A stretch of 64,000 nucleotides of DNA from Verrucomicrobiota bacterium. GTDB taxonomy: Bacteria > Verrucomicrobiota > Verrucomicrobiia > Limisphaerales > JANNEF01. Of this stretch, positions 29,668 through 40,101 are shown in pieces. The DNA is taken from assembly GCA_031378375.1 (NCBI GenBank), contig JANNEF010000121.1, positions 2,650-66,649 on the forward strand, written 5' to 3'. The notes under the pieces were generated by a model. It worked only from the letters and a program-made list of their open reading frames with translations, ran no database searches and had not been told where the DNA came from. Positions within the stretch are counted from its first letter, which is position 1. Each line of letters starts with the position of its first letter. Made by a program: the position numbers and the translations under genes.

Positions 29668-30900
29668 TCATTTCCTTCTCGCGAGTTCCACCAACACCTC
29701 GCGCACCCGCCGCTCATCCACCGCCTGCGCCGTGAGCCGCAGCCCGTGAAACACCACGGACTGCCCCGCCGCCGGCACCACTTCCATCTGCGCCACCAAC
29801 AGTCCGCCCATCGTGTCCACGCCCGGCGCGTCGCCCAGTTCGGGGTATTCGCGGCGGAAATCGTCCAGCCACATCGTGCCGTTGACGCGCCAGCGGCCCG
29901 CGGCAAGTTTCTCCATCACGAATCCCGCCGGCTCGCCCTCGCCGCGAATTTCGCCAACCACTTCCTCCAGAATATCCTCGATGCTGACGACGCCCGCTGT
30001 CCCGCCAAACTCGTCCAGCACGATGGCCAGCCCGCGCTGCTGCCGCTGGAGCGCCTTGAGCAGGTGCAGCAGGTTCATGCTCTCCGGCACAAACGACGGA
30101 AACTCAATCGCACCTTCCAAATCCGCCTGCGGGTCGAGCAACAGCGCCCGCGTGTTCAGCACGCCGACGATGGTGTCGGGCGTCTCGTCGTAAATCGGCA
30201 GGCGGCGATGCCCAAACTTGCGAGCGGCGGCAAGCATCTCCTCGACGGTCAGGTCGTCGGAGATGGCGTTCATGCGCGAACGCGGCTTCATCACGTCGCG
30301 GGCAGTCTTCCGATCGAGACTGATGATTTGCAGAATGATCTCCTTCTCCGACTGCGCGAGCGCGCCCTGCTGATAGGCCAGGTCCAGCAGTTCCTGGTAT
30401 TCCTCGTCACCCGCCGCGCCGGGCGGGCGGATCGCACGCGGCACGATCACGCGCAGCAACACGTCGTTAAACTGTTGCACCCAGCGATGAAACCAGCCGG
30501 TGATCCCCTGGAGCAACAACATCGGCCGCGCCACGCGCAACGCCCACAACTCCGGCGCCCGCACCGCCAGCGCCTTGGGCAGGAGTTCGCAACCCACCAG
30601 CACCAGTGCCAGCACCGCGACAAGCGTCGCCGCCAGCGGCCACTGCCCGTTCAACACCGGCCACAACGCCAGCACCACGATGCCGCCATTGGCGAAGGTG
30701 TTGCCCAGGCTGATGGTGGCGAGCAGTTCGGCGGGGTGTTCCAACAGGCGCATGACCGACGGGCCGTGACGCTGTTCCGCCACCTGACGCGCGCGCCACT
30801 TGCCCAGCGCAAACAACGACGTCTCCGCCAGCGCAAAGAAAAAACTCGCGCCGGCACACATCGCCACGCCGGGCGGAACCAGCCACGCGGTCAGATCCAC
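29668..30900 (-). CDS. CNNM/DUF21-CBS-CorC_HlyC family transporter
   Basis: ALAETSLFALGKWR DUF21 start, CBS pair and a C-terminal transporter-associated domain. Third tandem paralog. Confidence 0.8.
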   Translation of the reverse strand: MDLTAWLVPPGVAMCAGASFFFALAETSLFALGKWRARQVAEQRHGPSVMRLLEHPAELLATISLGNTFANGGIVVLALWPVLNGQWPLAATLVAVLALVLVGCELLPKALAVRAPELWALRVARPMLLLQGITGWFHRWVQQFNDVLLRVIVPRAIRPPGAAGDEEYQELLDLAYQQGALAQSEKEIILQIISLDRKTARDVMKPRSRMNAISDDLTVEEMLAAARKFGHRRLPIYDETPDTIVGVLNTRALLLDPQADLEGAIEFPSFVPESMNLLHLLKALQRQQRGLAIVLDEFGGTAGVVSIEDILEEVVGEIRGEGEPAGFVMEKLAAGRWRVNGTMWLDDFRREYPELGDAPGVDTMGGLLVAQMEVVPAAGQSVVFHGLRLTAQAVDERRVREVLVELARRK

Positions 30901-31199
30901 GGACGGCAGTATGGCAAAGTGGGGCAGAATTGCGAATGATGAATTTCGGCGGATGCGCCGAACGAAGCTGCGCCTCCGGCCTTCGGGATTGGGAATGCGT
31001 CATGCGACGTTCGAGGAAGGGGACGGCTCGCGGGGCAGAATGCCTGGTTTCAGTTTGGGGAACTGGATGGGAGCATCCTCACTACCGAAGGGCGGGAACG
31101 CTGTCCTGCGTTCCCCACGTTGCCGTGTAACCCGTCGCTCCCCGCGAGCCTGACTGTTTGGTTCCTCCCTGGGAAATTGTCCGAAAGAAAATCACGCCG

Positions 31200-32525
31200 T
31201 CAGTTCAGGGCCACACCGCGCCGGATGTAAGTCGGCACGTCCAAGTCCTGGCCCTGATGAATCGTCGGCTCGCTCTTCTCGAAGCGGCCCTTGGAAATTA
31301 TCTCCAGCGGCAACTGTCCCTGGCGCAAACGTGAGGCGTTCTTTTTCTGCCGCGCGCCGCCCTGCTGCCGCAACAACTGCTCGGTCGTCTCCGGCGTGGC
31401 CGGTGGCGGTGGGGCAACGAACCGCGACGCCGGCCGCGCGGCCATGGCCGGGCTGGCCAGTTGCGAATCATGCTCCGTCACGCCCGCTGAAGTCGCGCCG
31501 ACGGCATCCGCGCTCCGGCCGCGCCCCGCGCCGGCACGCGGACCATCCGGAGCTTCACGGCGCGAAGTCACCAGCGTCACCAAAAGCCGGTCATTTAGCT
31601 CCTCGTCAATGGCCGCGCCCAGGATGAGATGCGCGTGTTCGCAATGGCGGCTGACCTGCTCCATGACGCGCGTCACCTCGCCCATCGCCAGGTCGGGTCC
31701 CGCCGCGATGCACACCAGCACCCCCGCCGCGTCGGTGAGCGCCTGACCGCCGTCAATGAGCGGATGGGCCAGCAGTTTTTCCATGACGTCGCGGGCGCGG
31801 TTTTCGCCGCGCGTCTCGGCGGTGGCAAGCGAACTCTCCGCGTGCCGGCCGCGCGTGACGGCGCACAGGTCCGCGAAGTCCACGTTGATCAAGCCCGGCC
31901 GCGACAGCAGCCGCCAGATGCCGCGCACGCCCTGGGCAATCAATTCGTTGGTGATGCGCAGCGCCTCCACCAGGCCGGTCTTTTCGTCAATCAGCTTGAA
32001 CACTTTCTGGTTCGGCAGGGAGATCACCCCGTCCGCCGCCGCCTTGAGTTCAGCCAGGCCGTCCAGTGCCTGCTGCGCGCGACGGTTGCCCTCGCAGTCG
32101 AACGGCAGCATCACCACCGCCAGCACCAATGCGCCGGATTCCTTGGCCAGCCGCGCGACCACCGGTCCCGCGCCCGTGCCCGTGCCGCCGCCCAAACCAG
32201 CGATGACAAACACCACGTCCGCGCCCGCGCACAGCGCGCGGATGTTTTCGGCGTCTTCCTCGGCGGCGGCGCGGCCCTGGTCCGGATCGCCGCCCGCGCC
32301 CAGGCCGCGGGTGGATTTCGCGCCGAGCATCAGTTGCGCCGGCACCGGCGAGAGCGCCAGGGCGGGGCCGTCGGTGTTGAGCACGGCGAAGCTGACGCCC
32401 GCGACCGACTCGCGGGCGAGATGGTTGACGGCGTTGCAGCCGGCGCCGCCCACACCCAAAACTTTGATGGCGAAAGATTTTTTCAGCGCCGGCGTTTCCG
32501 GTGTCGTGACAGTTGGATTGGTCAT
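31200..32525 (-). CDS. ftsZ: cell division GTPase FtsZ
   Basis: VLGVGGAGCNAVNHL and tubulin signature GLGGGTGTGAGPVVA. Long disordered C-terminal linker and conserved terminal peptide. Confidence 0.95.
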   Translation of the reverse strand: MTNPTVTTPETPALKKSFAIKVLGVGGAGCNAVNHLARESVAGVSFAVLNTDGPALALSPVPAQLMLGAKSTRGLGAGGDPDQGRAAAEEDAENIRALCAGADVVFVIAGLGGGTGTGAGPVVARLAKESGALVLAVVMLPFDCEGNRRAQQALDGLAELKAAADGVISLPNQKVFKLIDEKTGLVEALRITNELIAQGVRGIWRLLSRPGLINVDFADLCAVTRGRHAESSLATAETRGENRARDVMEKLLAHPLIDGGQALTDAAGVLVCIAAGPDLAMGEVTRVMEQVSRHCEHAHLILGAAIDEELNDRLLVTLVTSRREAPDGPRAGAGRGRSADAVGATSAGVTEHDSQLASPAMAARPASRFVAPPPPATPETTEQLLRQQGGARQKKNASRLRQGQLPLEIISKGRFEKSEPTIHQGQDLDVPTYIRRGVALN

Positions 32526-32627
32526 AAATTTTGACAGCGATGCGGACAGCCTTGTCCGCGCAATGGTGAAATGAAAGTCATCCTGGCCGGCGCGAAACCC
32601 AGGCGGATGAAGCTTTCTTGCGTCGAA

Positions 32628-33851
32628 TTAACAGCGCCGCAGAAACCCGCCAAACGTTTCCTTCAACGTCTGCGTCAGAAAACTGTGGCCGGGGCGCTTC
32701 TTCTGATGGAACGAGCCGAATTTCACCAACCCGATGGCCGTGGCAAATTCCGGCTGGTCCAGCGCCGACTTGAGGCCGCTGATGGAATTGGCCTGGCCCA
32801 GCGTGGTCGGAAGCTGGAAAATTTTCTCCGCCAGTTTCTGGATGCCGGGAATGCGCGCCCCCCCGCCGCACAGCAAAACACCGGCGCGCACGTAATCAAT
32901 CAGCCCGGCCCGGGCCAGTTCGTCCTCGATGAGTTCGAAGTTTTCTTCCAACCGGAGCGCCATGATGCGGCGCAGATGCTCCAGATTGATCGTCTTGAGC
33001 GGCAGGCCAAGTTCATTGTTCGTTGTCACAGTCTGGCCTTTGATGCTGGCGTCCACTGAGGCAGCCCCGTGCTGTATCTTCAACTCCTCGGCGCGACCCA
33101 GCGGCACTTTCAAGCCGTAAGCCAGATCGTTGGAAACGTGGTCGCCGCCCACCGCCAGCACACCGGCGTGCTTGATGACGCCGCCGCCATACACGACGTA
33201 CTCCGTCGCGCCGCCACCAATGTCGATCACCAGCGCACCCATCTCCTTCTGTTCGTTGGTAAGCAGCGCAAGCGAGGAAGCCAGCCCGTTGAAGACGATG
33301 GCTTCGACTTCGATTTGCAAACCCTTCACCGTACGAATGGGGTTTTGAAAGCGGTTGAAATTGCCATGCACGACGTGCATGTCCACCTCGACCCGCGCGC
33401 CGAGCATCCCCACCGGGTCCACGATGCCGTCCTGGCCGTCCACGAGGAAATGCTGGCGGATGGCGTGCAGGACGAAATTCTCGGCGGGAAGGTTGATGGC
33501 CTTGGCGTTTTTGATCACGTCCTCCACGTCTTCGCGCATGATCTCGCGGTCGGAGGACACCACGGGATGCACGCCGCGATTGGTGAAGCCGCGAAGGTGC
33601 CCGCCGGTCACGCCAAGAAACACGCTGCGGATTTCCACGTCGGCGCTCTGCTCGGCCTCGACGATGGCGTTGCGGATGTCTTCCGCGGCTGTCGCGGCGT
33701 CGGCGATCTCGCCTTTGCGCACGCCGCGTGAGCGCGACTGGCCAAGGCCGACGATGTTGAGCGCGCCGGCGGAGTTGATTTCGCCGACCACGGCGCAGAT
33801 TTTGGAAGTGCCGATTTCCAGACCAACGATGATGGAGGAGGGATCAAACAT
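32628..33851 (-). CDS. ftsA: cell division protein FtsA
   Basis: Actin-like ATPase: IVGLEIGTSKICAVVGE, VIDIGGGATEY. Start at MFDPSSII (33851). Confidence 0.9.
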   Translation of the reverse strand: MFDPSSIIVGLEIGTSKICAVVGEINSAGALNIVGLGQSRSRGVRKGEIADAATAAEDIRNAIVEAEQSADVEIRSVFLGVTGGHLRGFTNRGVHPVVSSDREIMREDVEDVIKNAKAINLPAENFVLHAIRQHFLVDGQDGIVDPVGMLGARVEVDMHVVHGNFNRFQNPIRTVKGLQIEVEAIVFNGLASSLALLTNEQKEMGALVIDIGGGATEYVVYGGGVIKHAGVLAVGGDHVSNDLAYGLKVPLGRAEELKIQHGAASVDASIKGQTVTTNNELGLPLKTINLEHLRRIMALRLEENFELIEDELARAGLIDYVRAGVLLCGGGARIPGIQKLAEKIFQLPTTLGQANSISGLKSALDQPEFATAIGLVKFGSFHQKKRPGHSFLTQTLKETFGGFLRRC

Positions 33852-34797
33852 GTTTTTTCCTGTAGGCGGAGGGTTTGCTGGCTTTGGGAACGGGCGACGG
33901 CGCGGCGCTCGCTTCCAGCCAGCGGGCGGGGACGTTGTTTGCGACCGAAAGATCCAGCGAGGCGAGTTGTCTGCCCGTCCTCTGCCCGTGATCATGCACC
34001 AGGCGCCAGCGGCGCAGTTGTCCGTCGAGATCCTGGAGGCCAAAGACTACCTCGCTATTCTGGCCGGTGGCGACGGTCAGGATGTTGGGCGAGGAGAGAT
34101 CAATCTGCCGGATGTCCGCCAGCCCGATCATCGGTGAACGCTCGAACGCCTGGATCAGTTTAAGGGCCGCGAGCACCTGCGTGGATTCCGACTGCCGCCC
34201 CGGTCGCACATCCGCCAGGGTGATGCCGCTGATCACGGGCAGATGTTCGTTCGTCTGCGCGGGCGGCGTGGAGCGTTGATGCGCCTCGATGGGAAACATG
34301 AACCAGCCCGCCGCATCCAGCGTGTAAACTCGCCGACCGCCGACCGCGCGCAATTGGGGAAACACCACCTGCGCCACCGGCTCGCGCTCGGTCACGCGCA
34401 GGCGCAACGTGTGCGGCAGCACGCGCTCGACCACGACCGATTCAATCGCCGGCACCAGTTCCAGATCGCGCTTCACACGCGCCAAGTCCAGGCGCATGAG
34501 GTTCTCCCGCAGCCGCACGCCCGACCAACTGCGGAGTTGCTCCGGCGCGATCACGCCGTCGGTTTGGATGTCGAGCCGCTGGATGGCGAACGTCGGATTT
34601 TCATACACGGCCCAGCGCAACAATTCCTCGCCGCCGCGCCACAGCAAATACAGGCCGAGTCCGACACCAAACAACAGCCCGCCCACCAGCGCGCCCTGCC
34701 GCAAGCGATCCTGCCGCCGCTGGCTGGAGCGGATTTTGACATCAAGGATGTGCTCGCGCACGAAGCGCCGGTTCCGGGTTTTTCGTTTGAACCACAT
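33844..34797 (-). CDS. ftsQ: cell division protein FtsQ (POTRA domain)
   Basis: Basic N-terminus, one TM segment and a POTRA-like segment (FAIQRLDIQTDG..). Position between ddl and ftsA. Start at MWFKRKTRNRR (34797). Confidence 0.7.
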   Translation of the reverse strand: MWFKRKTRNRRFVREHILDVKIRSSQRRQDRLRQGALVGGLLFGVGLGLYLLWRGGEELLRWAVYENPTFAIQRLDIQTDGVIAPEQLRSWSGVRLRENLMRLDLARVKRDLELVPAIESVVVERVLPHTLRLRVTEREPVAQVVFPQLRAVGGRRVYTLDAAGWFMFPIEAHQRSTPPAQTNEHLPVISGITLADVRPGRQSESTQVLAALKLIQAFERSPMIGLADIRQIDLSSPNILTVATGQNSEVVFGLQDLDGQLRRWRLVHDHGQRTGRQLASLDLSVANNVPARWLEASAAPSPVPKASKPSAYRKKHV

Positions 34798-34805
34798 GAG
34801 GGCAA

Positions 34806-35723
34806 CTAAAATTTCACGGTGTTTTTCCGCCGCAACGCCAGGTCCACCATGCGCTGGCAAAGTTCCGCGTAGCCGATGCCCGCGGCGGCCGCCGCCTTGG
34901 GCAAAAGACTTGTCTCGGTCATGCCGGGGAGTGTGTTCACCTCAAGCACCACGGGTGAACCGTCGGCGCGCACCATCACATCCACGCGCGCGTAGTCACG
35001 CCCACCGATCGCCTGGAACGCGCCGCGGGCCGCCGCCTGGATGCGTTCGGTCGTCGCCGCGTCGAAAGACGCCGGACAAAAGTATTCCGTCGCACCCGGC
35101 GTGTACTTGTTCTTGTAGTCGAGCACGCCCTGCTTGGGACGCACCTCCACCACTGGCAAAACTTGATCCGCGAGAATCCCAACCGTCGCCTCGCGACCGT
35201 TGATCCGTTCCTCCATCAAAACCTGTGAATCGTAGCGGAACGCCTCGGTGAGCGCGGCGTTCCAATCGGCGACGCGTTCGACGAATTGAAGGCCGACGCT
35301 GGATCCCTGCCGCACCGGCTTGAGCACCACCGGCGGTTGCCAGCCCAGCGGCCAGGTCGCGTCCGGCGCCTCCAGCACGTTGAACCGCGCTGTTGGCACA
35401 CCGGCTTCCAAACACCGTTTCTTGGTGAGCACCTTGTCGAACGCGGTGTGGCTCGCCTCCGGGCCGCAGCCGGTGTAGGGCACGCCCAGTTGTTCCAACC
35501 GCCGCTGCACGGTGCCGTCCTCGCCATAAGTGCCGTGCAAGGCGAGAAAGACGACTTCGGTGCCGACCGGCAGCGTCCACGAATCATCGCGCGGATCGAG
35601 TTCATAAACCGTGTGACCGAGCGACCGCAACGCCCCGGCCACCGCGCCGCCCGTGCGCAACGATACTTCGCGCTCGGCGGAGAAGCCGCCGAGCATGACG
35701 GTGAGGTTCAATTTGCCTGCCAC
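34806..35723 (-). CDS. ddl: D-alanine--D-alanine ligase
   Basis: LHGTYGEDGTVQRRLEQLGVPYTG and EVNTLPGMT ATP-grasp motifs. GTG start at 35723 abuts the murB stop (the track start 35783 is the alternative). Confidence 0.88.
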   Translation of the reverse strand: MAGKLNLTVMLGGFSAEREVSLRTGGAVAGALRSLGHTVYELDPRDDSWTLPVGTEVVFLALHGTYGEDGTVQRRLEQLGVPYTGCGPEASHTAFDKVLTKKRCLEAGVPTARFNVLEAPDATWPLGWQPPVVLKPVRQGSSVGLQFVERVADWNAALTEAFRYDSQVLMEERINGREATVGILADQVLPVVEVRPKQGVLDYKNKYTPGATEYFCPASFDAATTERIQAAARGAFQAIGGRDYARVDVMVRADGSPVVLEVNTLPGMTETSLLPKAAAAAGIGYAELCQRMVDLALRRKNTVKF

Positions 35724-35724
35724 T

Positions 35725-36756
35725 TCAATCTCCAAGGATTTCCACTTCCGTCTCCAATTCAATCCCCCGTGCCGCCAGGACACGCTGCTGGATGACTTCG
35801 ATGAGGCTCAACACATCCTGCGCGGTCGCGTGGCCGTCGTTGACAATGAAATTGCCGTGAACATCCGATACGACCGCGCCGCCGACGCGCGTGCCTTTCA
35901 AGCCAAGTTCGTCAATGAGTTTGCCCGCGGGAATGGTCCTTGGGTTTTTGAAAATGCAGCCCGCGCTCGGCGCCGCGGGTTGCGAGGCCCAGCGCTTCGC
36001 GCTGAAGGTGTTCATGCGTTCGGCGATCATCGCCGGGGTCGCCGCCCGGCCTGTGAGCACGGCACCGAGCGCAATGTGTGTCTTGAGCAACGGGCAGGCG
36101 CGATACTCCACCGGCACCTCGCTCGCGTGGCGTTCGTGAACGCGCCCGGCGCAATCCATGAAGCGAACCGCATCCACAACTTCAAACATCCAGGCTCCCA
36201 TCGCCCCGGCATTCATCCGCAGCGCGCCGCCAACGCTGCCGGGGATGCCTTCGAGAAATTCCAACCCGGCCAGCGCGTGGCGCCGTGCTTCGACGGACAC
36301 GGTCTTTAGCTTCACGCCCGCCCCGCAACGCAGTTTGTCGCCGACGATTTCGAGCCTGCTGAAATTTGGGTGCGCCAGGCAAATCACCACACCACGAATT
36401 CCAGCGTCCTTGATGAGGAGGTTGGAACCGCGCCCCAGCAATGTGAAATGCAGTTGGCGCGCGGCGCAGAATGCCAGCACGCGCGCGAGGTCCACCTCGG
36501 AGGCGGGCTCGGCATACAGATCAGCGGGACCGCCAACTCGCAACGTGGTGCGTTTGGCCAGCGCTTCGTCCAAACGCACCACGGAGTCGGCGGAGAGGGT
36601 CGCGGAGAGATCCGCGCAGAGTTGTTCTTTGGGCGTCACGCTATCGAGTTTCAGTTCCACCGCCGGTTCATGCGCGGCACCGGCACTGTCCCCCGCGCCA
36701 GCAAACAAAACAAGAACGTCCGATTTCACCGCCGCAGGGGCCGCGTGCGGGCTCAT
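35725..36756 (-). CDS. murB: UDP-N-acetylenolpyruvoylglucosamine reductase
   Basis: TLRVGGPADLY, GRGSNLLI and SAGCIFKNP motifs. About 55 aa of N-terminal extension if 36756 is the true start (4-nt overlap with the murG stop). Confidence 0.9.
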   Translation of the reverse strand: MSPHAAPAAVKSDVLVLFAGAGDSAGAAHEPAVELKLDSVTPKEQLCADLSATLSADSVVRLDEALAKRTTLRVGGPADLYAEPASEVDLARVLAFCAARQLHFTLLGRGSNLLIKDAGIRGVVICLAHPNFSRLEIVGDKLRCGAGVKLKTVSVEARRHALAGLEFLEGIPGSVGGALRMNAGAMGAWMFEVVDAVRFMDCAGRVHERHASEVPVEYRACPLLKTHIALGAVLTGRAATPAMIAERMNTFSAKRWASQPAAPSAGCIFKNPRTIPAGKLIDELGLKGTRVGGAVVSDVHGNFIVNDGHATAQDVLSLIEVIQQRVLAARGIELETEVEILGD

Positions 36757-37946
36757 GCGATGGCGGATTGCGGATTGTCCCGCAGGCGAAGGGCCGGTTG
36801 AGCGGCGGGCGCGGCGGCGCTGCCTGTCCAGCGCCCCGGACTCCTGGCCTGCACCAGCGCCAGAATTCTTTCCGCAATTAACTCAGCCGCGTGCGGCGTG
36901 TGCCAGCGGGCGAGCGCCTCGCTCGCGGCGGTGCGAGCGGCCGAGTCGGCGACCAGTTTCAAAATCGCGTCCACCAAACCGCGCGGCGTGGCCCCCGGTT
37001 GTTCCACGAGCAGGGCCGCTCCGGTGTCAACGAATGCGCGGGCATTGTAATACTGGTGATTGTCGGCGGCGGCGGGATAGGGAATCAAAATTGCCGGCAG
37101 GCGCATCGCCGCCAGTTCCGCCAGCGACGACGCGCCGGAGCGACTCACGGCGGCAGTGGCCGCGCCCAGCGCGAGATCCATTTCAGTGAGAAACGGACGC
37201 ACAATGGCCTTGCAGTTCAGTTGCTGGTAAGCCGTCTGGACTTTTTCCGCATCCTGGGCGCCGGTCAGGTGGAGGAATTGCAGTTCGGGCATCCGCTGGA
37301 CGAGCAGCGGCAGCGACTGCACCACCAACTCGTTGATCCCGCTGGCACCCTGACTGCCCCCCATCACGAGCAGCACCGGACGCTGCGGGTGCAATCCCAG
37401 CGCGGTGCGGCAGGAAGCGGCGTCGGCTGACTGAAACTCGGCGCGAACCGGCGTGCCGGTGACGAGCACGTTTTGATGATGCAAACGGCCGGCGGCGGTG
37501 GTGAAGCCGACAAACGCCTGATCCACGACATGCGCGAGCCAGCGGTTGGCGCGACCGGGAATGGCGTTCGACTCGTGCAGAAACGTCACCGCGCCGCACG
37601 CGTTCCCGGCGAGCACCGGCGGCGCGCTGGTAAAACCGCCCATCGCCAGCACGGCCTGCGGGGGCCGCGAATGAAAATGTTTTTTCGCGGCGACGAGGGA
37701 TTTCCAGCATCCGTGGAGAAACGCCATTCGCTGGCCAGACGTCAAACCAACTGCCGGCAACGTGGCGACGGCCATGCCGGTCGCGGACTTCACCGCCTGT
37801 TGATCCACTTCCTTTGGCGAAATCAAAAGCGTGACCTCGCAGCCGCGCCGGAGCAGTTCATCGCCGACGGCCAGGCCGGGGAACAAGTGTCCCCCGGTGC
37901 CACCACAGGCAATGGCAACGAGCGGTTTGATGGACGATTTCCCCAT
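36753..37946 (-). CDS. murG: undecaprenyldiphospho-muramoylpentapeptide beta-N-acetylglucosaminyltransferase
   Basis: IACGGTGGHLFPGLAV and LLVMGGSQGA motifs. Confidence 0.9.
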   Translation of the reverse strand: MGKSSIKPLVAIACGGTGGHLFPGLAVGDELLRRGCEVTLLISPKEVDQQAVKSATGMAVATLPAVGLTSGQRMAFLHGCWKSLVAAKKHFHSRPPQAVLAMGGFTSAPPVLAGNACGAVTFLHESNAIPGRANRWLAHVVDQAFVGFTTAAGRLHHQNVLVTGTPVRAEFQSADAASCRTALGLHPQRPVLLVMGGSQGASGINELVVQSLPLLVQRMPELQFLHLTGAQDAEKVQTAYQQLNCKAIVRPFLTEMDLALGAATAAVSRSGASSLAELAAMRLPAILIPYPAAADNHQYYNARAFVDTGAALLVEQPGATPRGLVDAILKLVADSAARTAASEALARWHTPHAAELIAERILALVQARSPGRWTGSAAAPAAQPALRLRDNPQSAIA

Positions 37947-39073
37947 CAGGACGGCTGCGGTGTGGGTTCGTGGTCGGCCGGCATCGGCAGTAACGCGTCT
38001 TCCAGATCGGCAGCGTGGCGCGCGACGTTAAGCAGCAAGCCGACACACGCAAGCATGAGGACAAGGTTGGAGCCGCCGTAGCTCATGAACGGCAGCGAGA
38101 GTCCCTTGTTGGGCAGTGAGCCGGTGACGACCCCGATGTTAATCACCGCTTGCAGGCCGATCAGGCTGGTGATGCCCGACGCGAGCAACATGCCAAACGT
38201 GTCCCGCGCGTTCCACGCGATGTAAACGCCGCAAATCACAATCACGAGGAAGGCCACGACGACGGCGAGCGTGGCGATCAGGCCCAATTCCTCGCCGATG
38301 ACTGAGAAGATAAAGTCGGTATGGTGTTCCGGCACGAAGCCAAGTTTTTGGCGGCCGTCACCCAACCCCAGGCCGGTGACGCCGCCGCTGCCAAGCGCGA
38401 CCATCGCCTGATAAGTCTGGTAGCCGACACCTTCCTTGTTCGCCTCCAGATCAAAGTATGCCTGGAGGCGACGGAGTCGCATCGGATTGTTGAGCAGAAA
38501 AAGCGTCAACCCGGTCCCCGCGATCATTACCGGCGCGACCATGTAGCGCAGACGTGTGCCGGCGAGATACAGCACAATGCCACTGACGGCCGCCAGCAAG
38601 AGCGTGGTGCCAAGATCCGGCTCCGCGACGATCAAAGCCAGCACCGGCAAGATAATAAGGCCCGGCAACAGCAAGCCGCGCCGGAAGGTAGGCATCTGCC
38701 GCTGGTAACGCTCGCCGAAATGCGCCAGCGCGATGATGAGCGCGAGCTTGGCCAGTTCGGAGGGTTGCAGCCGCAAGCCGGCCACTTCGAGCCAGCGGTG
38801 AGCGCCTTTGATTTCCTTGGAAACGCCGGGAATGATCACCAACCCCAGCAGGGCGACGGCGACCAGCAGCAACAACCCGGAAAATTTCTTGAGCCAACGA
38901 TAATCGCCGGCGGCGAGCAGCCAGCAGGCGATCAAGCCGATCCCGCACCAGATGGGCTGCATGATCAGGTAGCGCGCTTCGGGCTGACCCGTGCTGGCGC
39001 TGGAGAGCATGACCATGCCCAGCGCCAGAAGCGCGACGACAAAAGTGAAGAGAGTCGTGGTGGCGAGTTTCAT
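37946..39073 (-). CDS. ftsW: SEDS-family peptidoglycan polymerase FtsW
   Basis: FVPEHHTDFIFSVIGEELG, about 10 TM segments, dcw position. Confidence 0.9.
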   Translation of the reverse strand: MKLATTTLFTFVVALLALGMVMLSSASTGQPEARYLIMQPIWCGIGLIACWLLAAGDYRWLKKFSGLLLLVAVALLGLVIIPGVSKEIKGAHRWLEVAGLRLQPSELAKLALIIALAHFGERYQRQMPTFRRGLLLPGLIILPVLALIVAEPDLGTTLLLAAVSGIVLYLAGTRLRYMVAPVMIAGTGLTLFLLNNPMRLRRLQAYFDLEANKEGVGYQTYQAMVALGSGGVTGLGLGDGRQKLGFVPEHHTDFIFSVIGEELGLIATLAVVVAFLVIVICGVYIAWNARDTFGMLLASGITSLIGLQAVINIGVVTGSLPNKGLSLPFMSYGGSNLVLMLACVGLLLNVARHAADLEDALLPMPADHEPTPQPS

Positions 39074-39253
39074 TGGAGCAACGCGGCAGTAACTGGGTTT
39101 CAGCAGTCGCTTCCGAAAAAAGTCCGGCAGGTCTCTGCCAGAAAGGAAACCAGGTAAAAAAGTTAAACCGACTGAAGGAGCGGCGCTTACCGAAGCGCCA
39201 TGAGCCTGAAGGCCGCGCCGGGCGGAGTTCGCCCGGCGCGGCTGGCGGAAACC

Positions 39254-40003
39254 TTACGGATTCGTCGCTCCCGGCGTGAACACCGGCGGCGGAGGTGTTG
39301 TTACAGGTGGCAGCGCGGTCGCGACGGGCTCCGGCGCGGGCACAGCCGACGCTTTGGCCGGGATCTTGATCTTTTGCGACACTTTGATTTGGTCGGTTTT
39401 GAGGCGGTTGGCCAGGCGCAAGGCTTTGACGGTGGTGCCATGTTCCTTGGCGATTTTCATCAATGTGTCGCCAGACTTCACCGAGTAGGTCTTTTCGACT
39501 CCGTTGGCCACGGGAGCAACCACCGAAGGCGCCACGACCGCCGCCGTACCACCAGCAGGAATCTTAAGCTTCTGGCCGAGCTTGAGCCGGGTCGAATCCA
39601 CGCCCGGATTGGCTTCGGCGATGGCCTTCATGGTGACGTTGTATTTTTTCGCGAGCGTGTAAAACGAATCGCGCGCGACGACGACGTGCTCCCGCTCGCC
39701 TTCCGTCGGCACCGGCGGCGGCACCGGCGGTATCGGCGCTGGGACCACGACGGGAGGCAACGTGGTCTGTATCACCACCGGCGGCGGCGGCGGATTGGTC
39801 GGGGGTTCATAGGGCGGCATGAAGACGTTCGTTTCAGCCGGTGGCAGCGGCGGTTCGGCGGTGCGTTTGCAGCCCTGCAAAAGCAGGGCGCCGAGCAAGA
39901 CAACGTGGATGGCCAGGATGGTGAAAACGGCGATGCGGACGTGCGAGCGCCCCCCGCTGCCGGGAAAAGTGCCTTGGGGATGGAGTGGGTTCGGTGTGTT
40001 CAT
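39254..40003 (-). CDS. membrane-anchored tandem LysM-domain protein
   Basis: N-terminal TM (IAVFTILAIHVVLLGALLL), a Pro-rich linker and two LysM repeats (HVVVARDSFYTLAKKYNVTMKAIAEANP..; YSVKSGDTLMKIAKEHGTTVKALRLAN..). Confidence 0.75.
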   Translation of the reverse strand: MNTPNPLHPQGTFPGSGGRSHVRIAVFTILAIHVVLLGALLLQGCKRTAEPPLPPAETNVFMPPYEPPTNPPPPPVVIQTTLPPVVVPAPIPPVPPPVPTEGEREHVVVARDSFYTLAKKYNVTMKAIAEANPGVDSTRLKLGQKLKIPAGGTAAVVAPSVVAPVANGVEKTYSVKSGDTLMKIAKEHGTTVKALRLANRLKTDQIKVSQKIKIPAKASAVPAPEPVATALPPVTTPPPPVFTPGATNP

Positions 40004-40101
40004 GTTCTTCGTGGGCGCGGTTCAGCGTCCGTTCTGTTTGAGGTCGTATCGTTAATTATTTTCACGCCGGGGTTTTCCCTCAAAAAACCCCGAAGCGAAG
40101 T

